The notes beneath the pieces are model-generated. The model saw nothing but the letters and a program-made list of their open reading frames with translations, was not told the DNA's origin and did not search any database. The translations under genes and the position numbers were made by a program. Below, in pieces: positions 1-8,456 of a stretch of 64,000 nucleotides of DNA. The stretch comes from Bacteroidales bacterium (GTDB lineage Bacteria; Bacteroidota; Bacteroidia; Bacteroidales; UBA932), in the NCBI GenBank assembly GCA_017544005.1, contig JAFYEZ010000043.1:505-64504 (forward strand), given 5' to 3'. Position 1 is the first letter of the stretch, and each line of letters opens with the position of its first letter.

Positions 1-455
1 TCGCAGGGATTACCCTGCTTGGAGACCGAAAGGTCAAATACCCGGACACCTATGCGCCGGATATTCTGGAGACCTTCCTGAACAAACATCCCGAGAACGA
101 ATACCTCGTGACCTTCCATTGCCCGGAGTTCACGACCCTCTGCCCGCTGACCGGCCAGCCGGACTTCGCGAAGATCGTCATCAGCTATATCCCGCGCGAG
201 CGGATGGTGGAGAGCAAGTCGCTGAAACTCTACCTGTTCTCGTTCCGCAACCACGGTGATTTCCACGAAGACTGCGTGAACATCATCATGAAAGACCTTG
301 TCCGCCTGATGGATCCGCGTTACCTGGAGGTGACCGGTATTTTCACCCCGCGCGGCGGCATCTCCATCCATCCTTTTGCCAATTATGCCGACGCCGAGCA
401 TGAGGCCCTGAAAAAGAGCCGTCTGCTTGCGCAGATGGAGGAAACCCTGCGATGA
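1..455 (+). CDS. queF: NADPH-dependent 7-cyano-7-deazaguanine reductase QueF (5' end outside window)
   Basis: The frame is open from base 3. It contains [16 protein letters not shown] and [21 protein letters not shown], typical of type I QueF. The ORF-track start at 108 is an internal GTG. Confidence 0.9.
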   Translation, partial: AGITLLGDRKVKYPDTYAPDILETFLNKHPENEYLVTFHCPEFTTLCPLTGQPDFAKIVISYIPRERMVESKSLKLYLFSFRNHGDFHEDCVNIIMKDLVRLMDPRYLEVTGIFTPRGGISIHPFANYADAEHEALKKSRLLAQMEETLR

Positions 456-1126
456 AAACGCCGGCTGAGAAGGATACAATCCTGGTCCTCTCCGGCGGAC
501 TGGACTCCACCACGATGCTCTACGAGTATCGCGAACGGATTGCGCTGGCCGTGAGTTTCGACTATGGCAGCAACCACAACGCCAAGGAAATCGCCTGCGC
601 CGCGCTTCATTGCAAGCGGTTGGGGATCAAGCATCTGATTATCCCGTTGGAGTTTATGGCCAAGTACTTTGACAGTGCGTTGCTCTCCGGCGCGGACGCG
701 ATTCCCGACGGAAACTATGACGAGGAGAACATGCATGCGACGGTCGTTCCGTTCCGCAACGGCATCATGCTCGCCATCGCCGCCGGCCTGGCGGAAAACG
801 AGGGGCTCGCGCAGATCATGATGGCCAACCATTCCGGCGACCACGCCATCTATCCGGACTGCCGTCCCGAATTCGTTGCAGCCATGGATGCCGCCGTCAA
901 GGCCGGGACCTACAACGGCGTCCGTCTCGTCACCCCCTACACGGGTCTGACCAAGGCCGTTATCGCCCGCCATGGCAAATCGCTGGGCATCGACTACAGC
1001 GAGACCTGGAGCTGCTACCGCGGCGGCGCGCATCACTGCGGAACTTGCGGCACCTGCCGCGAGCGCATCGAGGCGCTCCGCGAAGCCGGTATCGAAGATA
1101 CAACGATTTATGATTCAATAGAATAA
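452..1126 (+). CDS. queC: 7-cyano-7-deazaguanine synthase QueC
   Basis: It has the [10 protein letters not shown]-loop and a C-terminal Cys cluster (CGTCGTC). Its start overlaps the queF stop in an ATGA. Confidence 0.93.
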   Translation: MKTPAEKDTILVLSGGLDSTTMLYEYRERIALAVSFDYGSNHNAKEIACAALHCKRLGIKHLIIPLEFMAKYFDSALLSGADAIPDGNYDEENMHATVVPFRNGIMLAIAAGLAENEGLAQIMMANHSGDHAIYPDCRPEFVAAMDAAVKAGTYNGVRLVTPYTGLTKAVIARHGKSLGIDYSETWSCYRGGAHHCGTCGTCRERIEALREAGIEDTTIYDSIE

Positions 1127-1133
1127 CCTCACA

Positions 1134-1466
1134 ATGTACTACGTAGAGAAAACCATCGAGATTTCCGCTGCGCACAACTTGATGCTCAGCTATGAGAGCA
1201 AGTGCGAGGCGCTGCATGGCCACAACTGGAAGATTGTCGTCTATTGCAAGGCGCCCGAGCTCAATGCGGACGGCATGGTCACGGATTTCACGCACATCAA
1301 GCGCATCGTCAAAGACGCCTTTGACCACAAGTATATCAACGAGGTGCTGCCCTGTAACCCCTCCGCAGAGAACATGGCCCGCTGGATCTGCGACCGCGTG
1401 GACAACTGCTACAAGGTCAGCGTCCAGGAGAGCGAAGGAAATATTGCAATCTACGAAAGAGATTAA
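1134..1466 (+). CDS. queD: 6-carboxy-5,6,7,8-tetrahydropterin synthase QueD
   Basis: 110 aa with the AHNL...HGHNW motif of the PTPS/QueD family, placed between queC and queE. Confidence 0.9.
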   Translation: MYYVEKTIEISAAHNLMLSYESKCEALHGHNWKIVVYCKAPELNADGMVTDFTHIKRIVKDAFDHKYINEVLPCNPSAENMARWICDRVDNCYKVSVQESEGNIAIYERD

Positions 1467-1477
1467 TTCTCAGCGCG

Positions 1478-2056
1478 ATGGCCAGCACTTACCGCGTCCA
1501 TGAAATCTTTTACTCGCTGCAGGGCGAAGGGCGTCACACCGGCACCCCGGCCGTTTTTGTCCGCTTCAGCGGCTGCAACCTGGCCTGCCCCTTCTGCGAT
1601 ACGGATTTCGCCGCTTATCAGGAACTTTCGGTCACGGAAATTGTGGACCGCGTGACCGCTCTTTTGCCGGAAGAGACTGCCGGCCCCATTCTGGTGCTGA
1701 CCGGTGGCGAGCCTGCGCTGCAGGTGGATGTGCCGCTGTTGGTCGGATTGCATACGCTTCTGCCGATGCCGATCCATATCGAGACCAACGGGACGGTCGC
1801 CCTGCCGGAAGATCTGATCGACTGGATTACCTGCTCGCCGAAAGAGGGCAGCCACGTGGTGCTGCGACGGGCAGATGAGGTGAAAGTGGTCTATACGGGC
1901 ACCTCTCCCGAGCCCTGGTATGAGACCATCGCGGCCAGCCATTATTTCCTCCAGCCCTGCTCCTGCGCCAACACGCAAGCGGTCGTAGACTACATTCTGG
2001 CTCACCCCTGGTGGCGCCTCTCTCTCCAGACCCACAAATACACGGGAATTCGATAA
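1478..2056 (+). CDS. queE: 7-carboxy-7-deazaguanine synthase QueE (radical SAM)
   Basis: It has SLQGEG and the CNLACPFCDT radical-SAM cluster, and sits in que operon context. Confidence 0.9.
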   Translation: MASTYRVHEIFYSLQGEGRHTGTPAVFVRFSGCNLACPFCDTDFAAYQELSVTEIVDRVTALLPEETAGPILVLTGGEPALQVDVPLLVGLHTLLPMPIHIETNGTVALPEDLIDWITCSPKEGSHVVLRRADEVKVVYTGTSPEPWYETIAASHYFLQPCSCANTQAVVDYILAHPWWRLSLQTHKYTGIR

Positions 2057-2084
2057 AAAAATTTGCAGGTTTACGAAAAATGCC

Positions 2085-2092
2085 TACATTTG
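2085..2092 (+). promoter_or_regulatory. Bacteroidota -7 promoter box TACATTTG upstream of tRNA-Ala
   Basis: It matches the TAnnTTTG consensus and lies 17 nt before the tRNA 5' end. Confidence 0.5.
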
Positions 2093-2108
2093 CATCCGCA
2101 ATTGTCAC

Positions 2109-2182
2109 GGGGGTATAGCTCAGTTGGCTAGAGCATCTGCTTTGCAAGCAGAGGGTCGTCGGTTCGACTCCGACTATCTCCA
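2109..2182 (+). tRNA. tRNA-Ala (anticodon TGC)
   Basis: The cloverleaf was folded by hand. The acceptor GGGGGTA/TATCTCC carries the G3:U70 identity pair, the anticodon loop is TTTGCAA, and the T loop is GGTTCGACTCC. CCA is not encoded. Confidence 0.9.
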
Positions 2183-2223
2183 CAAAAAAAGAGAGTTCTG
2201 AAGAACTCTCTTTTTTTGTGGAG
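2178..2223. terminator. 21-bp perfect inverted repeat (A-run / stem / T-run), a bidirectional terminator overlapping the tRNA-Ala 3' end
   Basis: ctccacaaaaaaagagagttc (2178-2198) is the exact reverse complement of gaactctctttttttgtggag (2203-2223). The loop is tgaa. Confidence 0.8.
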
Positions 2224-2235
2224 ATCAGGCGCTTC
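2203..2235 (+). repeat. 33-bp direct repeat, copy 1 (gaactctctttttttgtggagatcaggcgcttc)
   Basis: It is identical base for base to 2317-2349 and includes the right arm of the terminator hairpin. Confidence 0.9.
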
Positions 2236-2316
2236 GCGCCTTTGTTTACGGGGGACATCCCCCGAACCCCCGCGTGCCTTCGGCACGGGCGGCAGAAGCC
2301 GCCTGAAATCGGTTCG

Positions 2317-2349
2317 GAACTCTCTTTTTTTGTGGAGATCAGGCGCTTC
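2317..2349 (+). repeat. 33-bp direct repeat, copy 2 (encodes the last dnaG codons and stop on the minus strand)
   Basis: It is identical to 2203-2235. The two copies bracket 81 bp of GC-rich hairpins. Confidence 0.9.
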
Positions 2350-4393
2350 CCTTGCGCAATTCTTTTGACAATTGCAACTTGACTTTGTTCAACAAGGATA
2401 GGGTCTTGGCCAGTTCCCGCTGCCGGGCCGGGTCGCCTTCACGCTGGGCGCTGTTGATGGCGCGCGTGATCTCGGCACATTGTTGCTCGGTGATACGCAA
2501 TTTATACATAATCACCGACTTGGGAACCGTTTCGCCCAGCCGTTGCTCCTCCGGTTCGAGGGTATCGCGATAGACCCGGACGGTGAGTTCCTGGTCATCG
2601 AAAACGATGTTCAGCGACTCGCGCAGCAGCGTCTGGTTCTCGAGGTTGGCGAAATGATGTGCAATCGCCTCCTGCCGCTCCCGCGTCTCCATTTCCTCGG
2701 GCAGCGTGCCGGCAAAGGAGAAATACTCGTCATAGAGCTCACGGTAGAGACGGTTGGCAAAGACGATATCGTCATCCAGCAGGGTATTGCGGATATAGGT
2801 CTCCACGTTGATCTGCTCCGCCGGAGCGGCCCCGTAAAGCATGTCTTTTTCAAAGTGAAGCGGATACGATCCGAACCGCAGCAGATAGTCGGTCAGCTCC
2901 CGCTCCTGGACTGCCAGGACGGGATTCGTGAGGAGGTAGGGATTGGCCTCCTCCGGGGCGGGCGGCATCTCCTGCGGAAGATCGCTGACAGGCTCCAGCC
3001 CAAAATCGCCTTCCGCGGCATTCTGCCCGGAAAGTGCAGGCGGTACCTGTGCTTCGAGGGAACGTTCCCGGAGCTGTGCCTGGCGCTTTTGCTCATCGCG
3101 GATGGCGGTAATCTTGGAGAGGATATCCTCGACTTCCTGCCGGAAGCGTTCTGCCACCATTTCCGCGTACTCCTTGCGAAGGATTGCGTCGGGAATCACG
3201 GCGATGCTGCCGATGATGTCGTTGATCAGTTTGCTGCGCGAAAGGGGATCGGCCGCCATGTCGGCCTCGGCCAAATCACTCTTGAAGGAGATGAAATCGC
3301 GTTCATTTTCAGCGAGATATTCCAAAATCTCCGTGGTTGAGCGCGCCTGTGCGAAGGTATCCGGATCGTCCTCCGGCGGCAATACGACAATCCGGACGTT
3401 CAGTCCCTCTTCCAGCACGAGGTTGGTGCCGCGGACAGCCGCCTTGATGCCGGCGGCGTCGCCGTCGTAGATGATGGTGATGTTGGAGGTAAAACGCTTG
3501 ATGAGACGGATTTGCCCTGTAGTCAGCGAGGTGCCGGAGGAGGCCACCACATTCTGGATGCCCTGCTGGTGCATCGAAATGACATCGGCATAGCCCTCCA
3601 CCAGGATACACTTGTCCGCCTTGATGATGGCGTTCTTGGCCTGGAAGATACCGTAGAGCGATTCGCTCTTGTTGTAAATCTCCGTGCCGGCCGTGTTGAC
3701 GTACTTTGCGATACTCTTGTCGCTCTTGAGCGTACGTCCGCCAAAGGCGATGACCCGTCCGCTGATGGAGTAGATCGGGAACATCACGCGGTCGTAGAAT
3801 TTGTCCACGACCGAGCCGTCGTCACGCCGGATGCAGAGACCGGCATCTACCAGATATTCTTCTTTATAGCCCTTAGCCAGCGCATCCTTCGTGAGCGTAT
3901 GCGGCCGGGTGGGCGTGTAGCCGAGACCGAACTTGCGGATGGTCTCGTCGGTAAACTTGCGTTCGTGAAAATAGGAGAGGCCAATGGCGCGGCCGTTTGC
4001 GTCGTTCCACAGAATATCCTGAAAGTATTTCTGCGCGAACTCCGATACCACCAGCAGACTCTCGTGCTTGAGACGGCTGGCAATCTCCTCGGGCGTCTCC
4101 TCTTTCTCCACCACCTCGATATGGTACTTCTTGGCCAGATACTTGAGCGACTCGGCATAGGTCAGGTGCTCGTGCTTCATCACGAACGAGACGGCGTTGC
4201 CCGATTCGCCGCAGGCAAAACACTTGAAGATGCCTTTGCTGGGAGAGACGGCGAGGGAAGGCCGTTTATCCTGGTGGAACGGGCAGATGCCCCACCAGTT
4301 GGCACCGCGCCGCTTGAGGGCGATAAAATCGCCGACAACCTCTTCGATCCGGGTGGCTGCGAGGATCCTGTCTTTGGTGGTACGGTCAATCAT
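2339..4393 (-). CDS. dnaG: DNA primase DnaG
   Basis: It has the zinc finger CPFHQDKRPS...CFACGESGN and the TOPRIM motifs EGYADVIS and DGDAAG. I use the ATG (MIDRTTKD) rather than the upstream TTG of the ORF track. Confidence 0.93.
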   Translation of the reverse strand: MIDRTTKDRILAATRIEEVVGDFIALKRRGANWWGICPFHQDKRPSLAVSPSKGIFKCFACGESGNAVSFVMKHEHLTYAESLKYLAKKYHIEVVEKEETPEEIASRLKHESLLVVSEFAQKYFQDILWNDANGRAIGLSYFHERKFTDETIRKFGLGYTPTRPHTLTKDALAKGYKEEYLVDAGLCIRRDDGSVVDKFYDRVMFPIYSISGRVIAFGGRTLKSDKSIAKYVNTAGTEIYNKSESLYGIFQAKNAIIKADKCILVEGYADVISMHQQGIQNVVASSGTSLTTGQIRLIKRFTSNITIIYDGDAAGIKAAVRGTNLVLEEGLNVRIVVLPPEDDPDTFAQARSTTEILEYLAENERDFISFKSDLAEADMAADPLSRSKLINDIIGSIAVIPDAILRKEYAEMVAERFRQEVEDILSKITAIRDEQKRQAQLRERSLEAQVPPALSGQNAAEGDFGLEPVSDLPQEMPPAPEEANPYLLTNPVLAVQERELTDYLLRFGSYPLHFEKDMLYGAAPAEQINVETYIRNTLLDDDIVFANRLYRELYDEYFSFAGTLPEEMETRERQEAIAHHFANLENQTLLRESLNIVFDDQELTVRVYRDTLEPEEQRLGETVPKSVIMYKLRITEQQCAEITRAINSAQREGDPARQRELAKTLSLLNKVKLQLSKELRKGSA

Positions 4394-4397
4394 CGCG

Positions 4398-5066
4398 CTA
4401 CCTCCCAAGCAGTTGCAGTTCCTCTTCGGTGTAGAGAATGTGATCCATCACGCCGTCGAGAAACTCCCCGAATCCGGCAAATCCGTCCGGAAAGACCAGC
4501 AAGATGGCGCCCACGGCAATGACAACGATGGCCAGCAGCCAGAGCAGCAGCCGGATGGCCCAGTGGAGCTTATGGGGTTTGTGGGCCTCGCGGACGGCTT
4601 TGCGCCGGGCCTTCTTCTTCTTTCCGGACTTTTCTTCGTGGGCCTTTATGCTCACCGGCTCCAGGCCCAAGCCGTCCGGGAAGATATCCAGGTTGTCGTC
4701 GGAGACAAAGAAATAGTCGGACTGGGAGGTCGAGCGCATCACGCCGAGCCCGGGCAACGGGCAACTCCGATTGCCGTCCAACTCCGAGTGGATGCGGCTC
4801 AGGCACCATTCGAGTTCCACGCGGGCCTGCTCCGGGGTGACGTGCATCTCGTCGCAGATATAGTTTTGCAGCATGGCTCCCGCCTCCTTCGAGACGTCGC
4901 ATTGGCGGAAGAGCATCTTGCGGTAGGGGGGATTGATGGTGGCATGATGATCGGAAAAAGTGGCCGGCATCAGTTCAGCGTAAAAGACCCCCAATCCCGG
5001 AACCTCGACCGAGTCGTGGTCCAGAATCAGCTCTTTGATGCATTTTGAAAATACGCCGACTTCCAT
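4398..5066 (-). CDS. Membrane-anchored protein with CCDC81-like prokaryotic HU-type domains (function unknown)
   Basis: Repeated VPGLGVF / LPGLGV motifs are followed by a lysine-rich linker and one TM helix (WAIRLLLWLLAIVVIAVGAILLV). The ATG is at 5066; the track start at 5090 is TTG. Confidence 0.6.
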   Translation of the reverse strand: MEVGVFSKCIKELILDHDSVEVPGLGVFYAELMPATFSDHHATINPPYRKMLFRQCDVSKEAGAMLQNYICDEMHVTPEQARVELEWCLSRIHSELDGNRSCPLPGLGVMRSTSQSDYFFVSDDNLDIFPDGLGLEPVSIKAHEEKSGKKKKARRKAVREAHKPHKLHWAIRLLLWLLAIVVIAVGAILLVFPDGFAGFGEFLDGVMDHILYTEEELQLLGR

Positions 5067-5118
5067 GTTGTCGGGTACAAAAATAATCAATTATATGATT
5101 CGTTGGAAATAATGGCAG

Positions 5119-5283
5119 CTACGGCTTCAAGAATTCTTTCAGCGTATTGCGATAAACATTCCCATAGCAGGCGTCGTTGTACAGGCCGGCATGGGAGGCG
5201 GTGGTGTGGGTGGCCAGCTGGTAGTAGAGTTCGTGGAGGGAGATCGCTGGATTGGCCTCGACCTTGCCTGCCTCGCATTCTGA
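5119..5283 (-). pseudogene. Orphan coding-like fragment (54 codons with no ATG/GTG start), possibly a C-terminal gene remnant
   Basis: The frame ...ECEAGKVEANPAISLHELYYQLATHTTASHAGLYNDACYGNVYRNTLKEFLKP* has GC-rich third positions like the neighbouring genes. An upstream TGA bounds it immediately after the tRNA-Leu terminator. Confidence 0.3.
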
Positions 5284-5300
5284 TCAGAATGCCTGATCAT

Positions 5301-5340
5301 AAAAAAAGCATCGCAAGTAAGCGATGCTTTTTCTTTTTTT
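5301..5340. terminator. Rho-independent terminator hairpin flanked by A- and T-runs (downstream of tRNA-Leu)
   Basis: aaaaaaa GCATCGC aagtaa GCGATGC tttttcttttttt. Confidence 0.75.
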
Positions 5341-5341
5341 G

Positions 5342-5425
5342 TGCCCGGAACAGGACTCGAACCTGCACAGCCTTGCGGCCACTAGTCCCTGAAACTAGCG
5401 CGTCTACCGATTTCGCCATCCGGGC
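5342..5425 (-). tRNA. tRNA-Leu (anticodon CAG)
   Basis: The reverse complement folds with acceptor GCCCGGA/TCCGGGC, anticodon stem CTAGT/ACTAG with loop TTCAGGG, a long variable arm, and T loop GGTTCGAGTCC. Confidence 0.9.
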
Positions 5426-5436
5426 TTCAGGGACCG

Positions 5437-5444
5437 CAAAGGTA
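5437..5444 (-). promoter_or_regulatory. -7 box TACCTTTG for tRNA-Leu
   Basis: The reverse complement of caaaggta matches TAnnTTTG, 12 nt upstream of the tRNA 5' end. Confidence 0.5.
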
Positions 5445-5487
5445 TAAATATTTTTTGAAATAATTTTGCTTTCCCACGAAAAAGTTC

Positions 5488-5495
5488 TACATTTG
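5488..5495 (+). promoter_or_regulatory. -7 box TACATTTG for tRNA-Asn
   Basis: A TAnnTTTG match 30 nt upstream of the tRNA-Asn 5' end. Confidence 0.5.
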
Positions 5496-5524
5496 CAGTC
5501 CCAAACCGGAAGGAACGGGATTAT

Positions 5525-5598
5525 TCCTCAATAGCTCAGTTGGTCAGAGCACCTGACTGTTAATCAGGGGGTCGTAGGTTCAAGTCCTACTTGAGGAG
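5525..5598 (+). tRNA. tRNA-Asn (anticodon GTT)
   Basis: Acceptor TCCTCAA/TTGAGGA, anticodon stem CCTGA/TCAGG with loop CTGTTAA, and T loop GGTTCAAGTCC. Confidence 0.9.
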
Positions 5599-5604
5599 CA
5601 CAAA

Positions 5605-5638
5605 AGCGGACGGCAATCTTGCCGCCCGCTTTCCTTTT
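5605..5638. terminator. Hairpin terminator shared by tRNA-Asn and the convergent hydrolase gene
   Basis: AGCGGaCGGC aatctt GCCGcCCGCT followed by ttcctttt. Confidence 0.65.
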
Positions 5639-5657
5639 GTCCCGCGTGCCGCAGGTC

Positions 5658-6833
5658 TTATTCTGCAAGAAAAGTCTTGTAGAGAATCCGGACCAGTTCG
5701 TGGGAGACCACTTCGCTGGAGGTGGTGAAACCGTTGCAGATGGTGCAGATGCCCCAGCCCTCTTCCTGGTTGAAATGCATGTTGGTGCCGAGGCCCTTGA
5801 TGGAGCCGCGGTGGCCGGTGACCGGTTTGCCGGGAACCCAGGCGTCCGGGACATACTGGCTCAGGCCGAGGCCATAGTTGCGTTTGACGCCGCCCGTCTC
5901 GTCACCGATGACGGTGCCGGTCTTCATCAGGCGCGAGCTCTCTTCGGAGATGACGCGGACACCGTCCAGCTGGCCGTCTCCCATATGCATCATCATGTAG
6001 CGGGCCAGCGAGACAATCGTGGTCTTCATACCGCCGCAGGCCACGAACTGGTTGGCATTCTCCACCAGACGGTAGCCCTTGCCGCCGTTTTTCAGCCCCT
6101 TATAGGCAGAAGGCATCTTCTTGAAGCGCTTGAAGTTCTTGTCATAATGCCAGAGCGGAACAAACTTGGTGCTGTCCAGGTCGGCCGGATTCCAGCTGGC
6201 GGTAAGATTGAGCGGTGTGAAAATGTGTTCGTTGCAGAATTTGTCGAACCGCTCGCCGGAAGCCGCCTCTACGATGCAGGCCACCAAATTATAGCAGAGG
6301 TTGCTGTATTTGAAGAAGGTGCCGGGCTTGTGGTCCATGTAGTGGGCGTACCACTCCTCGTTGCGGGCAGGGTCGAGCTCGGCCAGGGTGAGCGTGTTGT
6401 TGTAATCCCGGATGGAGGAGGTGTGGTTGAGGAACATCCGTACGGTGATGGGATCATCCGGATACTTGGGATTGCGGACCGCGATGCCGAGGTATTTCTG
6501 GACATCGTCGTCCAGGTTGATCTTTCCCTCGTCCACGAGGCACATCAGGGCCGTGGCGGCGTAGGACTTGGAGACGGAGGCCAGGCGGCAGATCTCGTCG
6601 TGCCGGCCGCTGAAGGGCGTTCCCAGCGTATCGATGGCGCCAAATTCTCCGACATAGACAATCTGGTTATCCTTGACAACGGCGCACATGACCCCCACAG
6701 CGCCGTTCCGTTTCATAAACCCGCGCATCTCCTTCTTCAGCGACGAGGGGGTTTTGTATTTCTGGGCCTGAAGGGCTGCCGGTGCAAGAAGCGTCAGCGC
6801 GGCAGCGAGCGCAAAGACAAATATCCGTTTCAT
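5658..6833 (-). CDS. Secreted serine hydrolase, beta-lactamase/PBP4* (class C-like) family
   Basis: It has a signal peptide (MKRIFVFALAAALTLLAPAALQA), the SxxK motif (SVSK), YSN and HRGS motifs. The true ATG is at 6833; the 556-aa track ORF is an upstream extension. Confidence 0.8.
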   Translation of the reverse strand: MKRIFVFALAAALTLLAPAALQAQKYKTPSSLKKEMRGFMKRNGAVGVMCAVVKDNQIVYVGEFGAIDTLGTPFSGRHDEICRLASVSKSYAATALMCLVDEGKINLDDDVQKYLGIAVRNPKYPDDPITVRMFLNHTSSIRDYNNTLTLAELDPARNEEWYAHYMDHKPGTFFKYSNLCYNLVACIVEAASGERFDKFCNEHIFTPLNLTASWNPADLDSTKFVPLWHYDKNFKRFKKMPSAYKGLKNGGKGYRLVENANQFVACGGMKTTIVSLARYMMMHMGDGQLDGVRVISEESSRLMKTGTVIGDETGGVKRNYGLGLSQYVPDAWVPGKPVTGHRGSIKGLGTNMHFNQEEGWGICTICNGFTTSSEVVSHELVRILYKTFLAE

Positions 6834-6852
6834 AGATGTAGCGTTTGTTTTG

Positions 6853-6868
6853 TATTTTTGCAAAAATA
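6853..6868. promoter_or_regulatory. Perfect palindrome TATTTTTGCAAAAATA, equal to two overlapping opposed -7 boxes
   Basis: Both strands read TATTTTTG. It lies between the divergent hydrolase (start 6833) and sdaA (start 6879). Confidence 0.45.
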
Positions 6869-6878
6869 ACGAAAAATC

Positions 6879-8072
6879 ATGGACAGTATCAAGCAGATTT
6901 ATAAGATTGGCTACGGCCCCTCGAGCAGCCACACGATGGGTCCGCGCAAAGCGGCGGAGATTTTCCGCGCCAAACATCCGGCAGTCAGCCGCTTCCGCGT
7001 GACGCTCTACGGAAGTCTCGCTGCCACCGGCAAAGGGCACCTCACGGACAAAGCCATTGCGGCCGGTCTGGAGCCTGCGGCCGTCGAGATCCTGTGGGCT
7101 GCAGAGACCGTGCCCGCCTTCCATACCAACGGCATGCTGTTCGAGGCCCTCGACGGGAACGGTGCGGTGCTGGACAGCTGGATGGTCTATAGCATCGGCG
7201 GCGGCTATCTGGCGGAAGAGAACCAGCAGCTCGGTGAAAAGAAGGTGTATGAGCACCATCTGCTCTCGGAAATTCAGACACTGATTGAAGAGGAGGGCAT
7301 TACCTTCTGGGAATATGTCCGCCGGCATGAAGACTCGGATATCCTGGACTACCTAGCCGAGATGTGGGACCAGATGCAGAAAACCATCCATGAAGGGCTG
7401 GAGACAGACGATGTCCTGCCCGGCCGCCTTCACCTGCGGAGCAAGGCCAAGCAGTACTACGTACGCGCTTCGAGTTACAAGCCCTCGCTGCAGAGCCGCT
7501 GCCTGGTGATCTCCTATGCACTGGCCACGGCCGAACAGAATGCGCGCGGCGGGCGGATTGTCACGGCCCCGACCTGCGGTTCGGCGGGCGTGCTGCCGGC
7601 CGTACTCTACCACCTGAAGGTCAACCACAACTTCTCTGACAAAGATATTCTCAAGGCCATGGCTACGGCCGGCCTCTTCGGCAACATCATCAAATCCAAC
7701 GCCTCCATCTCGGGGGCCGAGGTGGGCTGTCAGGGCGAGATTGGCAGCGCCTGCGTGATGGCGGCCGTCGCGGCCAACCAGATCTTCGGCGGATCGCCCC
7801 AGCAGATAGAATGTGCGGCGGAGATGGCCATGGAACACAACCTCGGCCTGACCTGCGACCCGATGTGCGGCTATGTACAGATTCCCTGCATCGAGCGCAA
7901 CCCGATGGCAGCCCTGCGCGCCCTCGACGTCAACCTCTATGCGCTGATGAGCGACGGCAAGCACGTGGTCTCCTTCGACAAGGTGGTGGCTACGATGAAA
8001 CTCACCGGCAAGGACCTGCCCAGCCTCTACAAAGAGACCTCTCTGGGCGGTCTGGCGCTGCTGAAAAAGTAG
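6879..8072 (+). CDS. sdaA: L-serine ammonia-lyase (Fe-S dependent, single-chain)
   Basis: It has GYGPSSSHTMGP near the N-terminus and the CGSAG and CQGEIGSAC motifs. It ends in TAG. Confidence 0.9.
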   Translation: MDSIKQIYKIGYGPSSSHTMGPRKAAEIFRAKHPAVSRFRVTLYGSLAATGKGHLTDKAIAAGLEPAAVEILWAAETVPAFHTNGMLFEALDGNGAVLDSWMVYSIGGGYLAEENQQLGEKKVYEHHLLSEIQTLIEEEGITFWEYVRRHEDSDILDYLAEMWDQMQKTIHEGLETDDVLPGRLHLRSKAKQYYVRASSYKPSLQSRCLVISYALATAEQNARGGRIVTAPTCGSAGVLPAVLYHLKVNHNFSDKDILKAMATAGLFGNIIKSNASISGAEVGCQGEIGSACVMAAVAANQIFGGSPQQIECAAEMAMEHNLGLTCDPMCGYVQIPCIERNPMAALRALDVNLYALMSDGKHVVSFDKVVATMKLTGKDLPSLYKETSLGGLALLKK

Positions 8073-8420
8073 CTAAGCCTTCAGGATCCGCAGACCGCCG
8101 GAAAGTGTCAGGCGGTAGGTATAGCTGTAGCAGGAGTAGATACGCCTGCCGAGCGGGTCGCGCCGCGAGGCGGTACAGTAGGCGGGGTTGAACTGCCATT
8201 GTTCCAGGTGCCGCCGGTCTGCCCGGTGGCGGCCGCTGCCCAGCAGGCGGGTCAGCACCGCGTAGTTTTGGCGCAGGATGCGCGTGACGGGGGATTGGTC
8301 GCTGACGCTTTTTCGATAGAGCCGGTTGTGCCAGGTGGCGCGGCAGTAGTCGCTGCAGAACTTTTTGTCGCTGCGTCCGGAGAGCGTCGCTCCGCATTCG
8401 ATACAGGAAGGGTTCATCAT
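8073..8420 (-). CDS. Hypothetical zinc-ribbon protein
   Basis: The N-terminus carries CIECG...CSDYCR. A -7 box sits upstream. I recognise no functional family. Confidence 0.6.
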   Translation of the reverse strand: MMNPSCIECGATLSGRSDKKFCSDYCRATWHNRLYRKSVSDQSPVTRILRQNYAVLTRLLGSGRHRADRRHLEQWQFNPAYCTASRRDPLGRRIYSCYSYTYRLTLSGGLRILKA

Positions 8421-8448
8421 CTTGTCTCCTCAAATCTTTCAGTTGCTG

Positions 8449-8456
8449 CAAAGATA
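8449..8456 (-). promoter_or_regulatory. -7 box TATCTTTG for the zinc-ribbon gene
   Basis: The reverse complement of caaagata, 29 nt upstream of the start at 8420. Confidence 0.5.

Noticed and set aside
1827-2258. A 143-aa minus-strand ORF.
   Set aside because: It is antisense to queE and runs straight through tRNA-Ala and its terminator.
5087-5447. Track ORFs 5087..5278 (-) and 5103..5447 (+).
   Set aside because: The plus-strand ORF runs through the terminator and tRNA-Leu. The minus-strand ORF is Arg/Pro-rich and out of frame with the more coding-like start-less fragment reported separately.
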